This document shows positions 10,137 to 22,589 of a DNA stretch of 31,405 bases, piece after piece. The translations under genes were made by a program, and so were the position numbers. Source of the DNA: Octopus sinensis (Eukaryota); the NCBI RefSeq assembly GCF_006345805.1, contig NW_021832287.1, forward strand, positions 1 to 31,405, given 5' to 3'. Under the pieces are notes generated by a model. That model was given only the letters and a program-made list of their open reading frames with translations. It did not search any database and had not been told where the DNA came from. Numbering within the stretch: the first letter of the stretch is position 1; every line of letters starts with the position of its first letter.

Positions 10137-11143
10137 TGATGAAACATGTCGATTTATTTTGCTGGGTTTGGTGGAAAGTGTCTGCTGTCCACACCCAGCA
10201 GACTAAGGTGACACTTCTTTACTGGCCATGTCTCAAGAACCCTGCGAAGAATTCTTGTAGTTCCAAGTAATGCTGATTTTTGTAGGTGTTCTACCTTCAC
10301 ACTTTTGCCAATCATTTCAGCTATGCTGGTAGTCGAGTGCTGACTCCTCCAAGTGCACCAATTATTATTGGTATCACGTCTACTCTCCTCATACACCACA
10401 ACCTTCGTATTTCCCACTTCAAATCGTCGTAGTGGTTCAGTTTTCTTCTTTTTCTTTGGTCCTGTTGTCACTGGGATATTCTATATCAATTATCATGCAT
10501 TTTCTTTCTTTTTTAATCATCACAACAACGTCCGGTTTCCGAACCCTGGTACGGTGATCGCACTGAATCATTGCATCCCACAGGATTTTGCAATTCTTAT
10601 TCTCGGTAACCCGTCCTGGGGTTTTCTCATGACACGCGTTTGCTCTTTGTAAGCCGTGATTTCCACATTGCCACGCCGTCTTTTGTATTCGCGTTGTGCC
10701 AATTTCCAGCATTCGATATCCCATACCATTTCACCTTTCTCACCACATATCCTGTATTTGTTACTGTCGGTAGTGTTATCGATTCTACACTTCACATAGT
10801 TAGTCCTTAACGCTTGTTCTTAAGCTGCGCATATGAGCGCTTCTGGCTCTATCTTCTGGTCACTCCTCCTCATCCATAGCCATTGGCCTTCTACATCTGG
10901 CTTGACGTTCGTATCTCTTGCAAACTGACCATACATTTCTTTCCCCTATGCTTTTTCTTATCCTCTTTAACTTTCTCATTCTTTACATACTTATCAATTT
11001 TGATGACGCTGGACTTTTTCATATGTTTCAACAGTGTTTCTACGGAATCTTTTACATACCAGCTTAAGCTCTTTTCCTCGGTTTCGCTACAATCCTGGCA
11101 ACTGAACGGACTTCTCCCACTCTTCCTTCTGGAAAGAACTGTA
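10137..11143 (-). mobile_element. R4/Dong-like (RLE-type) LINE, 5'-truncated and decayed
   Basis: Frames give SCQDCSETEEKSLSWYVKDS, QWLWMRRSD...EALICAA*EQALRTNYVKCRID, KILWDAMIQCDH...RKPDVVV...IIDI (PD-(D/E)xK nuclease) and LQKSALLGTTRILRRVL. (TAA)n lies at the 5' junction. Confidence 0.9.
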
Positions 11144-11181
11144 TTATTATCTTATTATTATTATCATTATTATTATTATTA

Positions 11182-11217
<36 letters not shown>

Positions 11218-11253
11218 TCATTATTATTATTATTATTATTATCATCATCATCA

Positions 11254-11334
<81 letters not shown>

Positions 11335-11345
11335 CATCATCATCA

Positions 11346-11391
<46 letters not shown>

Positions 11392-11398
11392 CATCATT

Positions 11399-11442
<44 letters not shown>

Positions 11443-11448
11443 TTTTAT
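11144..11448. repeat. Compound (TTA)n/(TCA)n microsatellite
   Basis: Directly visible. Confidence 0.95.
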
Positions 11449-11452
11449 TAAG

Positions 11453-11667
11453 GAGGTGAGCTAGCAGAATTGTAAGCACGCTGCACTAAATGCATACTTG
11501 TAATTTGCTAGTCGATTGTTCTCAGTTCAAATTCCGCTGAAGTCGACTTTGTCTTTCATCATAATGGCGACGATAAATTAAGTGCCAGTGAAACACAAAA
11601 AATCGATGCAATCGACTAGTTTCCCACTCCAATCTCAGGCCGTGTGCCTTTAGTAGAAAGGGTCATT
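11453..11667 (+). mobile_element. Degraded SINE family B copy
   Basis: ggaggtgagctagcagaa...ctcagttcaaattccgctgaagtcgactttgtctttcat...gataaattaagtgccag...tcgatgcaatcgact matches the family B copies at 16.6 and 22.8 kb. Confidence 0.8.
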
Positions 11668-11705
11668 ACTATTATTATTATTATTATTATTATTATTACT
11701 ACTAC

Positions 11706-11773
<68 letters not shown>

Positions 11774-11805
11774 TTATCATCATCATCATAATTATTGTAA
11801 TTATT
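11668..11805. repeat. Compound (TTA)n(CTA)n(TCA)n microsatellite
   Basis: Directly visible. Confidence 0.95.
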
Positions 11806-11960
11806 GTTGTTGCTGTTGACCCTCAACTTTATGTGATCGCAAGAATTTCATTTCTCAAACTGACCTGGACAGTAACACATGAACAGAGGGTCAAAGGTTT
11901 GACAAGACGCAAAGATGATAGGTTAAACTAGAACTGGAATCACCTGGTGCTTGTGCATAC

Positions 11961-12068
11961 CCAGTGATCAGGAATTTCCTCGACCTTGTCTTGCACACTA
12001 TTAATGTCAGCTGCAACTAAGTCTGGGACAAACTTCAAGCAAAAACGGATCCATTGATCCTTTCTTAA
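11961..12068 (-). other. Candidate 108-nt internal exon (LRKDQWIRFCLKFVPDLVAADINSVQDKVEEIPDHW), product unknown
   Basis: Minus strand has a polypyrimidine tract ending ctcccag|TTA, an open phase 0-0 frame and TGG|gtatgc. No homology recognised. Confidence 0.2.
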
Positions 12069-12519
12069 CTGGGAGCAGGGAGGAGGAGGGAGGGGGTCAC
12101 TAATGCCATGGCCGTTCAAAAGCAAACAGGAGAAAAGTCGTCGATCACCATAATGGTCATTCCTTGCATGCAGAGTACTTATCTATTATTCCCACTCCAC
12201 ACTTCACATATACTCCCCGTGCAAACGGCATATAAAATCTTAACTGCTACAACACCAACCAACACCCTCCCGCCCGTACCGCTTTTTACCCCCAAATCAA
12301 TCCAACCTACCGACATTATTCCATAGAAATCTCCGAAACCAGCACATGCGTGCACATTTCTGAACCCGATAAGGAAGATATTGTACGGAAGTACAAACGT
12401 GCAAATATAAAAACGGTCTGATTGTCGTTACATACACACTACGACACGTGCACTAGAAAAGGTCTACGCATGTCATGACACAAGGCTAGCACCCATATTT
12501 GTTTGCTTTGCGTGTGTGT

Positions 12520-12575
12520 GTATGCGTGTATATGTACACTTATATATTATTGGCTAAATGCTTGTGTGTATGTGT

Positions 12576-12611
<36 letters not shown>

Positions 12612-13121
12612 CTATGAACTGATAGGATCGAAAAATATATCAAAAATATGTATGGGCGTACGCTTGCATGTGCAGTCGTGTGTGCGTACACACACGGACC
12701 CCACCACACGCGTACATCTATATGAAGATATCTGTGTGTCTATATCAATATATACACATAAATATATATGTGTATGTGTGTATGTGTGTGCGCGCGTGTA
12801 TATATATATATATACACACATACAAATATAGATGCAGATTTATGTGCACATATATATGTGTGTGTGTGTGTGTGTGTTACATGGAGGAGGAGGGGGAGTG
12901 AGTGAGGGGGAGTTAGACAGAGACAGAAAGACACAGAAATGGCGCAAGAAGCTAATACCTGAAAACAACGAAGAGTAACACAATAAACAAATGCAATCAC
13001 CTGAATATACAAACACACACACACACACACGGACAGACGCACACACACACAGACACACAACGCACACACACACGCACACACACACACACACACTCACACG
13101 CACACACATATATACATATAC

Positions 13122-13190
<69 letters not shown>

Positions 13191-13200
13191 CACACACACA
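12520..13200. repeat. Compound (GT)/(AT)/(CA) microsatellite region with short unique islands
   Basis: Directly visible. Confidence 0.9.
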
Positions 13201-13605
13201 GTTGATGTTATGTCGTTGCAGTTGTTTTCTTGTGGCCGTCTCCTGAGATCTGTTTATATCAAGCGTGTCTGTTAACGGTGTTTTCTAACCATGCTCCTTG
13301 TATCTCATTTATTTATTTATTTATTTATTACATCTACAGTGAGTACTTGTGGTTTCATTTTGCAACCTATCCTTTTGTCAGAAGAATAAAGAGGGTTTAG
13401 ATTAAGTTGTTATTTCTAGCATTTCAGTGTTTCTTGTATGTGTCCTACTGTAATGTACGGAGTTCATTCGTTTTGTCGCCGGAATTGTCTCCTGTCCGAC
13501 ATAGCTATGTCTTTTTGAAAAATAAGGGAAACTACGAATAAACTCGGTTCTCTTCATTTAATTCGTGATACTTGTTATTTTCTTCAGAGTACCAAAAATA
13601 ATGTT

Positions 13606-13745
<140 letters not shown>

Positions 13746-14838
13746 AATAAAGCAAGAAAGCATCACACAGTAACAAAACGGGCAAACGAATATCTAAGTG
13801 AATTCGAAATACAACAAATTCCAGAATTAGACGTACTAGAATGAAGCACAGAAAAAGCTAAGCGTATGAAAACCCGTGCTAAAACTGCTGATTTAGATAT
13901 TCTGACTGATAAATGGCAAGAAAAACCTCTCAATGGCAAATACTCAGAGAACTAATAGTGCCGATGTTGCCAAGCCCTTACCCATCAATGGATAGTGTCT
14001 GCTAGCTTAAAATCTGAAGCAAAAGGGTTTATCATAGCAGCCCAAGATCAATGCTTACCAACAAGAAACTACTAGGCCAACATATTAAAGAACGGCAGTA
14101 GATCAACATGTCGTGTATGTCAACAACAAAATGAAACCATTGATCATGTTGTCTCCAAATGCAGTCTTCTTGTGTCTACAAAGTTTCTCATGAGGCATGA
14201 TAGAACAGCACAATATATTCACTGGGTAATTTGAAAAAACCTGGATCTACACCATGATAAAAACTGGTGGGGACACAAACCACCTCCAGTGCTTGAAAAT
14301 GACCACATCTCACTCCTCTGGAACTTCACTATTCAAACTGACTGAAAGATAGATGTGAATAGGCCGACATCATATTCAAAGACTTCAGACAAAAAGCATG
14401 TCTCCTCATTGATATAACTGTCCCAATCGAAATAAACGTATCTGTCAAGACCTCCCACAAACTGAGCAAGTATAAAGATCTTGAAATAGAAATTAGAAAA
14501 ATGTGGAACTTCAAAACTAAAGCAGTACCTGTTTGCATAGTGCCCTAGGAATGATAGCAAAAGGGACTGATTGCTACCTAGCTCAGATACCAGAAACCCG
14601 CCAAATGGCAGAAATTTAAAAGATAGTGCCCATGGGAACTACCCATATCTTACGTAAAATACTGTCTATGTAATCTCAAGTTTTAAAACAGAGTCATAAT
14701 TTTCTTATGATTTCTTAAACAATACTATGTGCAAATCGAAATATATGACACCCTTGGCATAACACCAACATCAACTTCTAACTTGTCCCTGGGTGAAACT
14801 TAACTTGTACAAATGGGTGAGAGTTAACTTGTACAATG
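13746..14838 (+). mobile_element. R4/Dong-like (RLE-type) LINE, 5'-truncated and decayed
   Basis: KWQEKPLNGKY, LKSEAKGFIIAAQDQCLPTRNY, CRVCQQQNETIDHVVSKC (CCHC knuckle), LLWNFTIQTD...NRP/DII...LLIDITVP, KYKDLEIEIRKMWNFKTK and GTTHILRKILSM* (stop at 14671-14673), then 3' UTR. Confidence 0.92.
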
Positions 14839-14842
14839 CCAC

Positions 14843-14870
14843 GAAGAAGAAGAAGAAGAAGAAGAAGAAG

Positions 14871-14900
<30 letters not shown>
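14843..14900. repeat. (GAA)n microsatellite
   Basis: Directly visible. Confidence 0.97.
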
Positions 14901-14901
<1 letters not shown>

Positions 14902-14904
14902 GAA

Positions 14905-15240
14905 ACGGGAAGAAGTTGATGAAGGCTTGGCCAAATAGAAATTGCCTGCCCCTCCCGGCTGAAGGAAGGTGGCGGGGCAATCTTCACTATGGATTCAACT
15001 GATAGCCAGATCCGTTCTACATGCAACAGCAATTGTTCGACATAAAGCCACAGGTCAGCAATGCTCGGGCGTGCAGAACGGATTCGTCGCTCTGCGCTCA
15101 ACTCGGACAGGTTCGGCTGACAACATTTCCGTGCCTGTAAAGTTTATCCCGGACGGGCAGCGCACCTCGGTATCACTGCCAGGAAAGGAATTTCTGGAAG
15201 TTATCCATAGGTCCAGGCCTGAAAGTTCTCCGAAACAGTT
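14905..15240 (-). mobile_element. L1/Tx1-like ORF2 C-terminal fragment (zinc-finger region)
   Basis: LFRRTFRPGPMDNFQKFLSWQ*YRGALPVRDKLYRHG...TCPS*AQSDESVLHA, then with a frameshift ADLWLYVEQLLLHVERIWLSVESIVKIAPPPSFSREG. Confidence 0.75.
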
Positions 15241-15244
15241 GTAC

Positions 15245-15378
15245 ATTTCGATCTCAAGGAATCACGAATTTATTTTTTCCCTTTTGCAAAAAGAAACAAA
15301 TACAATTAAGGGGTATTCATGACTTGTTAACTTTTTGCAAAAGGGAAAAAAAAATTCGTGATTCGTTGAGATCGAAAT
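15245..15378. mobile_element. Near-perfect hairpin / MITE-like element: ~55-bp arms (15245-15299 and 15324-15378), 24-bp spacer
   Basis: atttcgatctcaaggaatcacgaatttattttttcccttttgcaaaaag versus reverse complement atttcgatctcaacgaatcacgaatttttttttcccttttgcaaaaag; TA dinucleotides close to both ends. Confidence 0.75.
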
Positions 15379-16364
15379 ATTACTTCGATGATTGCGAAGC
15401 AATCACCATAAAAACATATATTATCCCATGCTTACAACAGCAATCGATACAACCTGCTCAATATCTAAGTATGTAGGTACAATATTTTTCACCGATAGCA
15501 GCATTGAAGAAAGAGGATTATAGGGCTTTCATGTGTTTATCAACCTGTCGCCTAAGTGAATTTATAAAGCGGCCATGATAAATTTAACCCGGATTGCTTT
15601 CTTACCGCTTTTTTATCAGACTTAAGAGTTGTTGTTTAACCCCATATTCTACACAGAGTAAGCAAACCTATAACCAATTGCGTAACTAGCCGTCCTGTTA
15701 TGGTTATTGAGGACTACATTATTTAATGTGACTTGGAGTTATTTTAAGATGCTATGGTTTTAATCTGAGGAAAATCTGTTGGCTTTTCTGAATCAGTCAA
15801 GCGACCGAGTTGAAGCTCATTCATTGGCTCGAGAACTTAGATTTCATTCATAGAAACAAGTGTATCGATCTAAAAAGACAGAAAATGATTTAAATAATGC
15901 TAATGATATTATAAACGAAGTAATATAAAGAGATTCAGAGAGTGCCTGCACATATATACATCAATGTAATATGTATGACTATAATTATTTTATAATTGGT
16001 TTTCATTGAAATTGCATGTGCTGCCAAAAGTTATGCAAAACTTCAAGTCTCAGTCCAAATTAATTTTCTTATAAATTTGACCCTGGTATGTTTAAAATTC
16101 TTTTGAAATAAAAAAAAAAGATAACATTTATTTATGTCTTTAAATGTATATTTATAATAAAACTATATTCATATTTGCATAACCGATTTTGTAAATATAC
16201 TTACAATTAGTAATTTGTGTTACTCAAGATAGGATATGAATCCTGTTGTGTTTTATTCTTGACTGCCGTGTACATTAATTCTCATCATGGCATTTCTTAA
16301 ACTGCTGTTATGTCTCCGAATGAAAGGTGATACCAGTAGCCTTTATCATTAAAGCGTATAGACA

Positions 16365-17215
16365 AAGCGGTGAGCTAGCAGGATCGATAGCCCTCCGGAC
16401 AAAATGTTTAGCGACATTTCGTCCGTCTTTACGTTCTGACTGGCCCTTCATACTTTAGAAGTCGATATACAAGCGGTGAGCTAGAAGAATCGTTAGCCCA
16501 CCGGACAAAATAATTAGCGACATTTTGTCGGTCTTTACGTTCTGACTTCAAATACCCCCTGATCGACTTTGCCCTTCATACTTCCGGAGTCGATATACAA
16601 GCGGCGAGCTGGCAGAAACGTTAGCACGCCGGGCGAAATGCTTAGCGGTATTTCGTCTGCGTTACGTTGTGAGTTTAAATTCCGCCGAGGTCGACTTTGC
16701 CTTTCATCCTTTCGGGGTCGATAAATTAAGTACCAGTTACGCACTGGGGTCGATGTAATCGACTTAATACCTATGTCTGTCCTTGTTTGTCCCCTCAGTG
16801 TTTAGCCCCTTGTGGGTAATAAAGAAATAGGTATTTCATCTGCCGTTACGTTCTGAGTTCAAATTCCGCCGAGGTCGACTTTGCCTTTCATCCTTTCGGG
16901 GTTAATTAAATAAGTACCAGTTATGCATTTGGGACGATATAATCGACTTAATCCGTTTGTCTGTCCTTGTTTGTCCCCTCTGTGCGCAACCCCTTGTGGG
17001 CAGTAAAGAAATAAGAATGCTTAGCCCACTGGACAAAATGTTAGCGACATGTTGTCCGTCTTTACGTTCTGACTTCAAATTCCTCCTAGATCGTCTTTGC
17101 CCTTGATATTTTTGGAGTCGATAAAAATAAATACCAGTCGAGCACTATAGTTGATATAATCGACCAGCCACCCTGAAACTTCAGGCTTTGGGCGTTATAT
17201 AGAAAGGATTATTAA
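16365..17215 (+). mobile_element. Head-to-tail cluster of five SINE family B units (two older truncated units, a younger dimer at 16599-17016, one older unit)
   Basis: Recurring aagcggtgagct... heads at ~16365, 16471 and 16599; B box gagttc/ttcaaattcc; headless monomer starting gtatttc at 16831. Confidence 0.88.
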
Positions 17216-18184
17216 AACATGCAGATACAGATTTAGATAGGTAAATAGACTGATATGTATGTATATATGCAGATACATAAACGTTCCAGAAATTGCGATG
17301 AATGTCTTGAAGAATTATTTATAAATGGAGCCAAACACCCCCTTTTTGGATGATAGAGTATTGTCGACTAAATTAATCCCAGAACGTGATTGAAACCTAA
17401 TTTTATCGTCCAAGGAATGGTTATAGATTACGCTGACCGAAGCGGAATTTGAAATCGGAATATGTTTGTAAATAGATACTATAACTAATCTTGATCTCTC
17501 TAGCGATATAATAATGGCTACCGATTTAGGCTCAAACGCCCAGCAATTTTAAGAGAACGAAAATAATCGATTCAATATACACCAGCACTTGACTGGTATT
17601 TTATCGAGCCTCTACACACACATACCAAATTACCTTGAGAAGTTTTGAACTCAGAACCTAATGATCCGGCAAAGGATTAAAGGATAGCATTTGTAAGACA
17701 CTCTTACGAGTTTGTAAATCAACTCGATTTCTACCAGTGTAATATTAAAAAAAAATTGACCCATACTGATACCTCTCCACGAAATGTCTGGGTGGTGAAA
17801 CTCAAAATGTCCTCATTCACCCGAAAGGATTTGACCACGCGAAAAATATTTACTTAAAGCAAATATACTCCAAATAAGAGAGAAGCTGAAGACAGAGAGT
17901 CTGTGTATGCTATAAATAATTGTTTGGATTCTGCGCATATTTTGCAAACCTCTCTGAAAGGGGATATCAGTCGCAGCAATAAATACAGAAAGAGAAACAT
18001 TTAGAGAAAATAATATAGGAAAAAACACACAATGTAAAGAAAAAACAAGGGTTAAAAAAAAAGATGAAAAAGGTATCTGAGAAAAATTGAGAATACTCTT
18101 AATACGAGAACTAAGAACAACGTGAGCAAATATACACACGTTGGAAGTAAATTTCTAATTGCTATTTTTACTTTTGTTTCTGCA

Positions 18185-18287
18185 TGTATGTGGTGTGTGT
18201 ATACACACGCACACCCACGCACACGCACACACACATTTGCACACACACACACACACACACGCACGCGCACACACACACACACAATAT

Positions 18288-18370
<83 letters not shown>

Positions 18371-18619
18371 TTAATATGTGTATATGAATATATACATATA
18401 TAAATGTAAATGTATGTATATACATATATATATAGTTCTGCATGTATTTGTGAATATATACGCAAAATATATAAATTGATAGGTATGTATATGTATTTTA
18501 TATATATATATAATATGTATCCACACACACACGCACATACATATGTGTGTGTGTGTGTGCGTGCATATATATATATATTATATATGTATGTATAGTATAT
18601 ATATACGTGCGTGTATATG

Positions 18620-18679
<60 letters not shown>

Positions 18680-18770
18680 GCATACACAGACACAACACAC
18701 AATATATATACATATGTGTGTGTTTGTGTGTGTATGTGCGCATGTGTGTGTGTGTGTATACATATACTCC
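18185..18770. repeat. Compound (CA)n/(TA)n/(GT)n microsatellite region
   Basis: Directly visible; source of ORFs such as 18052..18702. Confidence 0.95.
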
Positions 18771-19863
18771 GAAAAAGAAGACAGAGATTTTAACACACCT
18801 TTAATGATCAGTTACTATCGTTTCTGTAACACTTCTACTTTCAACGCCAGTTCACGCAAATCTTCAAAATTAAAATGTTCGTAATATTGGCGGTTTTAGA
18901 CATCGGAGTTGCACTCCCTCAAACCTGCATCAAAAGTGCGTTTTTACCTGGTGTGTCTGCCAGGCATTGTCTCTTGATTAAGACGGAGGGGTGGGGGAAA
19001 AAACAGAAAATAAATAAAACAGGAAATAAAAGCATGGTTAGGGATGTGGACGTCGTATAAAGGGAATGAAAGGAGAAAATATGAAGGACAAGAATATGAT
19101 GAAGTTATATAGTTGTGTGTTTGTGTGTGTGTGTGTGTGTGAGTGTGTGTGTGTGTGTGTGTGGTTCCGTGTGTGTGTGTATGTGTGTGTGGTTCCGTGT
19201 GTTGTGTGTGTGTGTGTGGTTCCGTGTGTGCGTGTGTAAACAAGTTGCTGCAAATAAAACCATAGGTATGATCTTTTCCGTTGATTAATAAGTTAAAAAC
19301 CTGTAGTAAATATTTCTGTTTCGTTCCTTTCTTCTTTCTTCCTTTTCTCTCTCTCTATCTCTTTCTATCTCTCTCTTTCTCTCTCTCTCCCTCTCTCTTT
19401 ATCTCTCGTCTCAAACTCACTCTCTTTCTCCTCTACCCTCTGTGCCCCCCCTCTGCTCGCTACTGACACGTGACCAGTGGTCAGCATTTTTTCTCTCGTT
19501 CTCCTTTCCTTTTTTACGCCGACCGTTGAAGCGAACTGTTTCCCAGTCTGTTGACCTTCCGCTTGGAACTTCCCTCTTAGCGTTATCCATACTTCGTCTT
19601 CATCCAGCCCTACAGCTACATTCTGTTTGTTTATTTATTTCGTTTTCTGTCTCACGTCCGTCCACTAACGGTCCTCATCTTGCATTGCATTTATCAATTT
19701 TCGTATATCCACTTCTGTATTGCTTTTTTTATCCATTAATTGTTTGTCTGTTCGCAGGCCCATTTCCCTGCAGCGCTTGCCGGTTGCTACCAGCAGGGAA
19801 TTCAATGTTATTGTTAAAGGCACAAAACTGCATTTAACTCTTTGGTCGATAACTGACGAAGAG

Positions 19864-20259
19864 TTACTCTTTTACTTGTTTCAGTCATTTGGCTGCGGCC
19901 ATGCTGGAGCACCGCCTTTAGTCGAGCATATCGACCCCGGGACTTATTCTTTGTAAGCCCAGTACTTATTCTATCGGTCTCTTTTGCCAAACCGCTAAGT
20001 TACGGGGGCGTAAACACACCAGCATCGGTTGTCAAGCAATGCTAGGGAGACAAACACAGACACACACAAACACACACACACATATATATATACATATATA
20101 CGACAGGCTTCTTTCAGTTTCCGTCTACCAAATCCACTCACAAGGCCGGCCCAGGGCTATAGCAGAAGACACTTGCCCAAGATGCCACGCAGTGGGACTG
20201 AACCCGGAAACATGTGGCTGGTTAGCAAGCTACTTACCACACAGCCACACAGCCACTCC
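19864..20259 (-). mobile_element. tRNA-headed SINE, family A
   Basis: Near-identical to 6131-6527; small internal duplication acagccac-acagccac at the head. Confidence 0.92.
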
Positions 20260-20379
20260 TGTTGGGTATCTTCTGTGTTTGTTGTCCGTTCGTCTGTGCA
20301 TTTACTATATGTTTTTTAACTTGTCAATCTCTGCCTGTTCCGTTCGTGCATTTACCATTACGCAGAATCCAGTCCACTG

Positions 20380-20646
20380 TCATCATCATCATCATTGTTC
20401 GACCGTAGTCGAGACAATGGAATTTACCATGCTACGCCAGACTTCACGGTCCCTCATAGCATTACGGAGGTCTTGTTGCTGGATGCCTGTATCCCTGGAG
20501 ATTACATCAGGGTAGGAGAGTGTGTGCCCTCTGGTATCGCGAGCAGATGGCTTCCAGAGGAGAAGAGTAGAAATTGCCTCGTTTTCAGCTCTACAACAAT
20601 GTCCAGCAAACTGGATTCTCCTACCTTTCACAAGAGAGAACGACAA
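20380..20646 (-). mobile_element. RTE-clade LINE 3' end with (GAT)n tail
   Basis: ORF 20392..20646: RRIQFAGHCCRAENEAISTLLLWKP...LSYPDVISRD...AMRDREVWRSMV, a typical RTE ORF C-terminus. Confidence 0.8.
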
Positions 20647-20856
20647 GATAAGTACCTGTTCATTGCTATAGTTGAGGTCTTATAGCAAAGTTCTACCTGC
20701 ATCATTCCTCTTCCCCCATTACTTCTAGGTAGGTACAGATGATCAACGTCTGCTTTTGGGTGGTGCATGGTGCACGTTCTTAGATGTTAGTAGTTTTCTT
20801 GTCTTCCTATCCAGGCGTTGGGACTCCATAGGATTCCAATTAATGATATTAAAACT

Positions 20857-20859
<3 letters not shown>
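20647..20859 (-). mobile_element. R4/Dong-like LINE fragment (end of RT region), interrupted by the RTE insertion
   Basis: YSFNIINW...RLDRKTRKLLT...HHPKADVDHLYLPRSNGGRGMMQVELCYK...RYL; (AAT)n at the 5' junction. Confidence 0.85.
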
Positions 20860-20938
<79 letters not shown>

Positions 20939-20942
<4 letters not shown>

Positions 20943-21119
20943 TCGTCTGCCGTTACGTTCTGATTCAAATTCCGCCGAGGTCAACTTTGTTTTTCATCCT
21001 TTCGGGGTCGATTAAATAAGTACCAGTTACGCACTGGAGTCGATGTTATCGACTTAATCCCTTTGTCTATCCTTGTTTTTCCCCTCTATGTTTAGCTCCC
21101 TGTGGGCAATAAGAAATAA

Positions 21120-21120
<1 letters not shown>
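20939..21120 (+). mobile_element. Headless SINE family B monomer between two (TTA)n tracts
   Basis: Starts tatttcgtctgccgttacgttctg, the same position as the multimer junctions, and ends ggcaataagaaataa. Confidence 0.88.
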
Positions 21121-21192
<72 letters not shown>

Positions 21193-21404
21193 CATTCAGT
21201 AGTTTTATTTTTATATCGTGCTTTCACTTCACTACCGAGTGCAGCTCTGTGTGCCTTGGGCATGTGCTGTGATTTGTTGTGATGCTCTGATGGTTATTGT
21301 ATGGAAAGTGTTCTGCGTAGGATGTGTGCAGTGCCTAGTAGTGCAATTTTCTGTATGTTATATGTGTTTGTAAGTCCTGGTGTTTTTGTTATGTATTTGT
21401 CTGA
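21193..21404 (-). mobile_element. R4/Dong-like LINE extreme 3' fragment, (AAT)n on both sides
   Basis: SDKYITKTPGLTNTYNIQKIALLGTAHILRRTLSIQ* followed by a 3' UTR. Confidence 0.85.
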
Positions 21405-21436
21405 ATAATATATTATTATTATTATTATTATTATTA

Positions 21437-21521
<85 letters not shown>

Positions 21522-21655
21522 TAGTACTACTACTTCTACTACTATTATTATTATTATTATGATGCTGCTACAACAACAAAAAACTACTACTACTACTAAA
21601 ACTAATTGTACTGCAGCTGCTACTACTACTACTGTTACTACTACTACTACTCTTA
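21405..21655. repeat. Compound (TTA)n/(CTA)n microsatellite
   Basis: Directly visible. Confidence 0.93.
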
Positions 21656-22223
21656 TAATTCCAGCGAAGTCTACGTATTTTAATTCACCTGTGACACATT
21701 TCGGGCATTAACGTCTCACTATTTTCCGTTGGCTATTTTGTTTTTATTATATTTTCAAAAGAGCTTGAAGATTTCAAGATGCTATGTTAAAAAACCAAAC
21801 TTATTTATACAGCCTGAACGAATATGAGAGGAAAACATATACTCTATGACATGTGTCAACCATCTCAGCGAACATTTTATATTGATTTTAATTTGAAAAA
21901 CATATGTCCATATCTACAATAATTTTTTTTTTTTCCGTGTTGTTGTTGACCCTGTCACATAAACTACAAAGAAATGCTCATTAAAGCAGCAGTAGATAAA
22001 TCTAAGTCCTTCTTTTAACATATATTTCCATAATCTCATCTCCAATATTTTTCTGTGTACATTTTGACAGACTGTGATCGTGACCAAGTCATCTAGGAAT
22101 CGTGTATACTCGATGTTAGAATCGTATTCTGTTGCTCAAATGTTCTAAATCTCTAAAAAAAATGAAATACATGTATAGACTGAAAATATCTTTGCGTAGT
22201 TGCGCATCTGAAATTTTGGGAAT

Positions 22224-22262
<39 letters not shown>

Positions 22263-22589
22263 GTTTTAAGTAAACTCATGATAATATTCGGTAGGACAGT
22301 TTCTTCTTCTTTCGGTTTTTCTTTTTGAATGACCTTTAGCATCATTTATCGTGGTCGTATTAGAATCAAAGAATTACCACAGAGAGATAAATTATAAACA
22401 TTATAAACATCGCAAGACGTTGTGGCAGAGACGGTTCACTATATCTATCCACCTATATTGTGTTCTTACCAAAAGTGATGGCTTCTGATTTTGGTCGCAA
22501 ACTCAGCAATTCTAGAAGAATTCTGTATGCCTACAGGTGAAACTCAGAGTAGCAAAAGAGTGGCTTATCCAAAATAATATTTATACACT

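Noticed and set aside
14969-15322. 117-aa plus-strand ORF
   Set aside because: It is the antisense of the L1/Tx1 C-terminal fragment running into the hairpin element.
19835-19870. CTGACGA-A-GAG-TTA-CTC and a flanking 8-bp inverted repeat
   Set aside because: The stem is completed by the SINE A tail (tactctttt) and no GAAA follows; probably coincidental.
22525-22556. gaaactcagagta fragment related to the motif at 321-358
   Set aside because: The CTGANGA core and helix I are too decayed to call; noted only as a likely relative.
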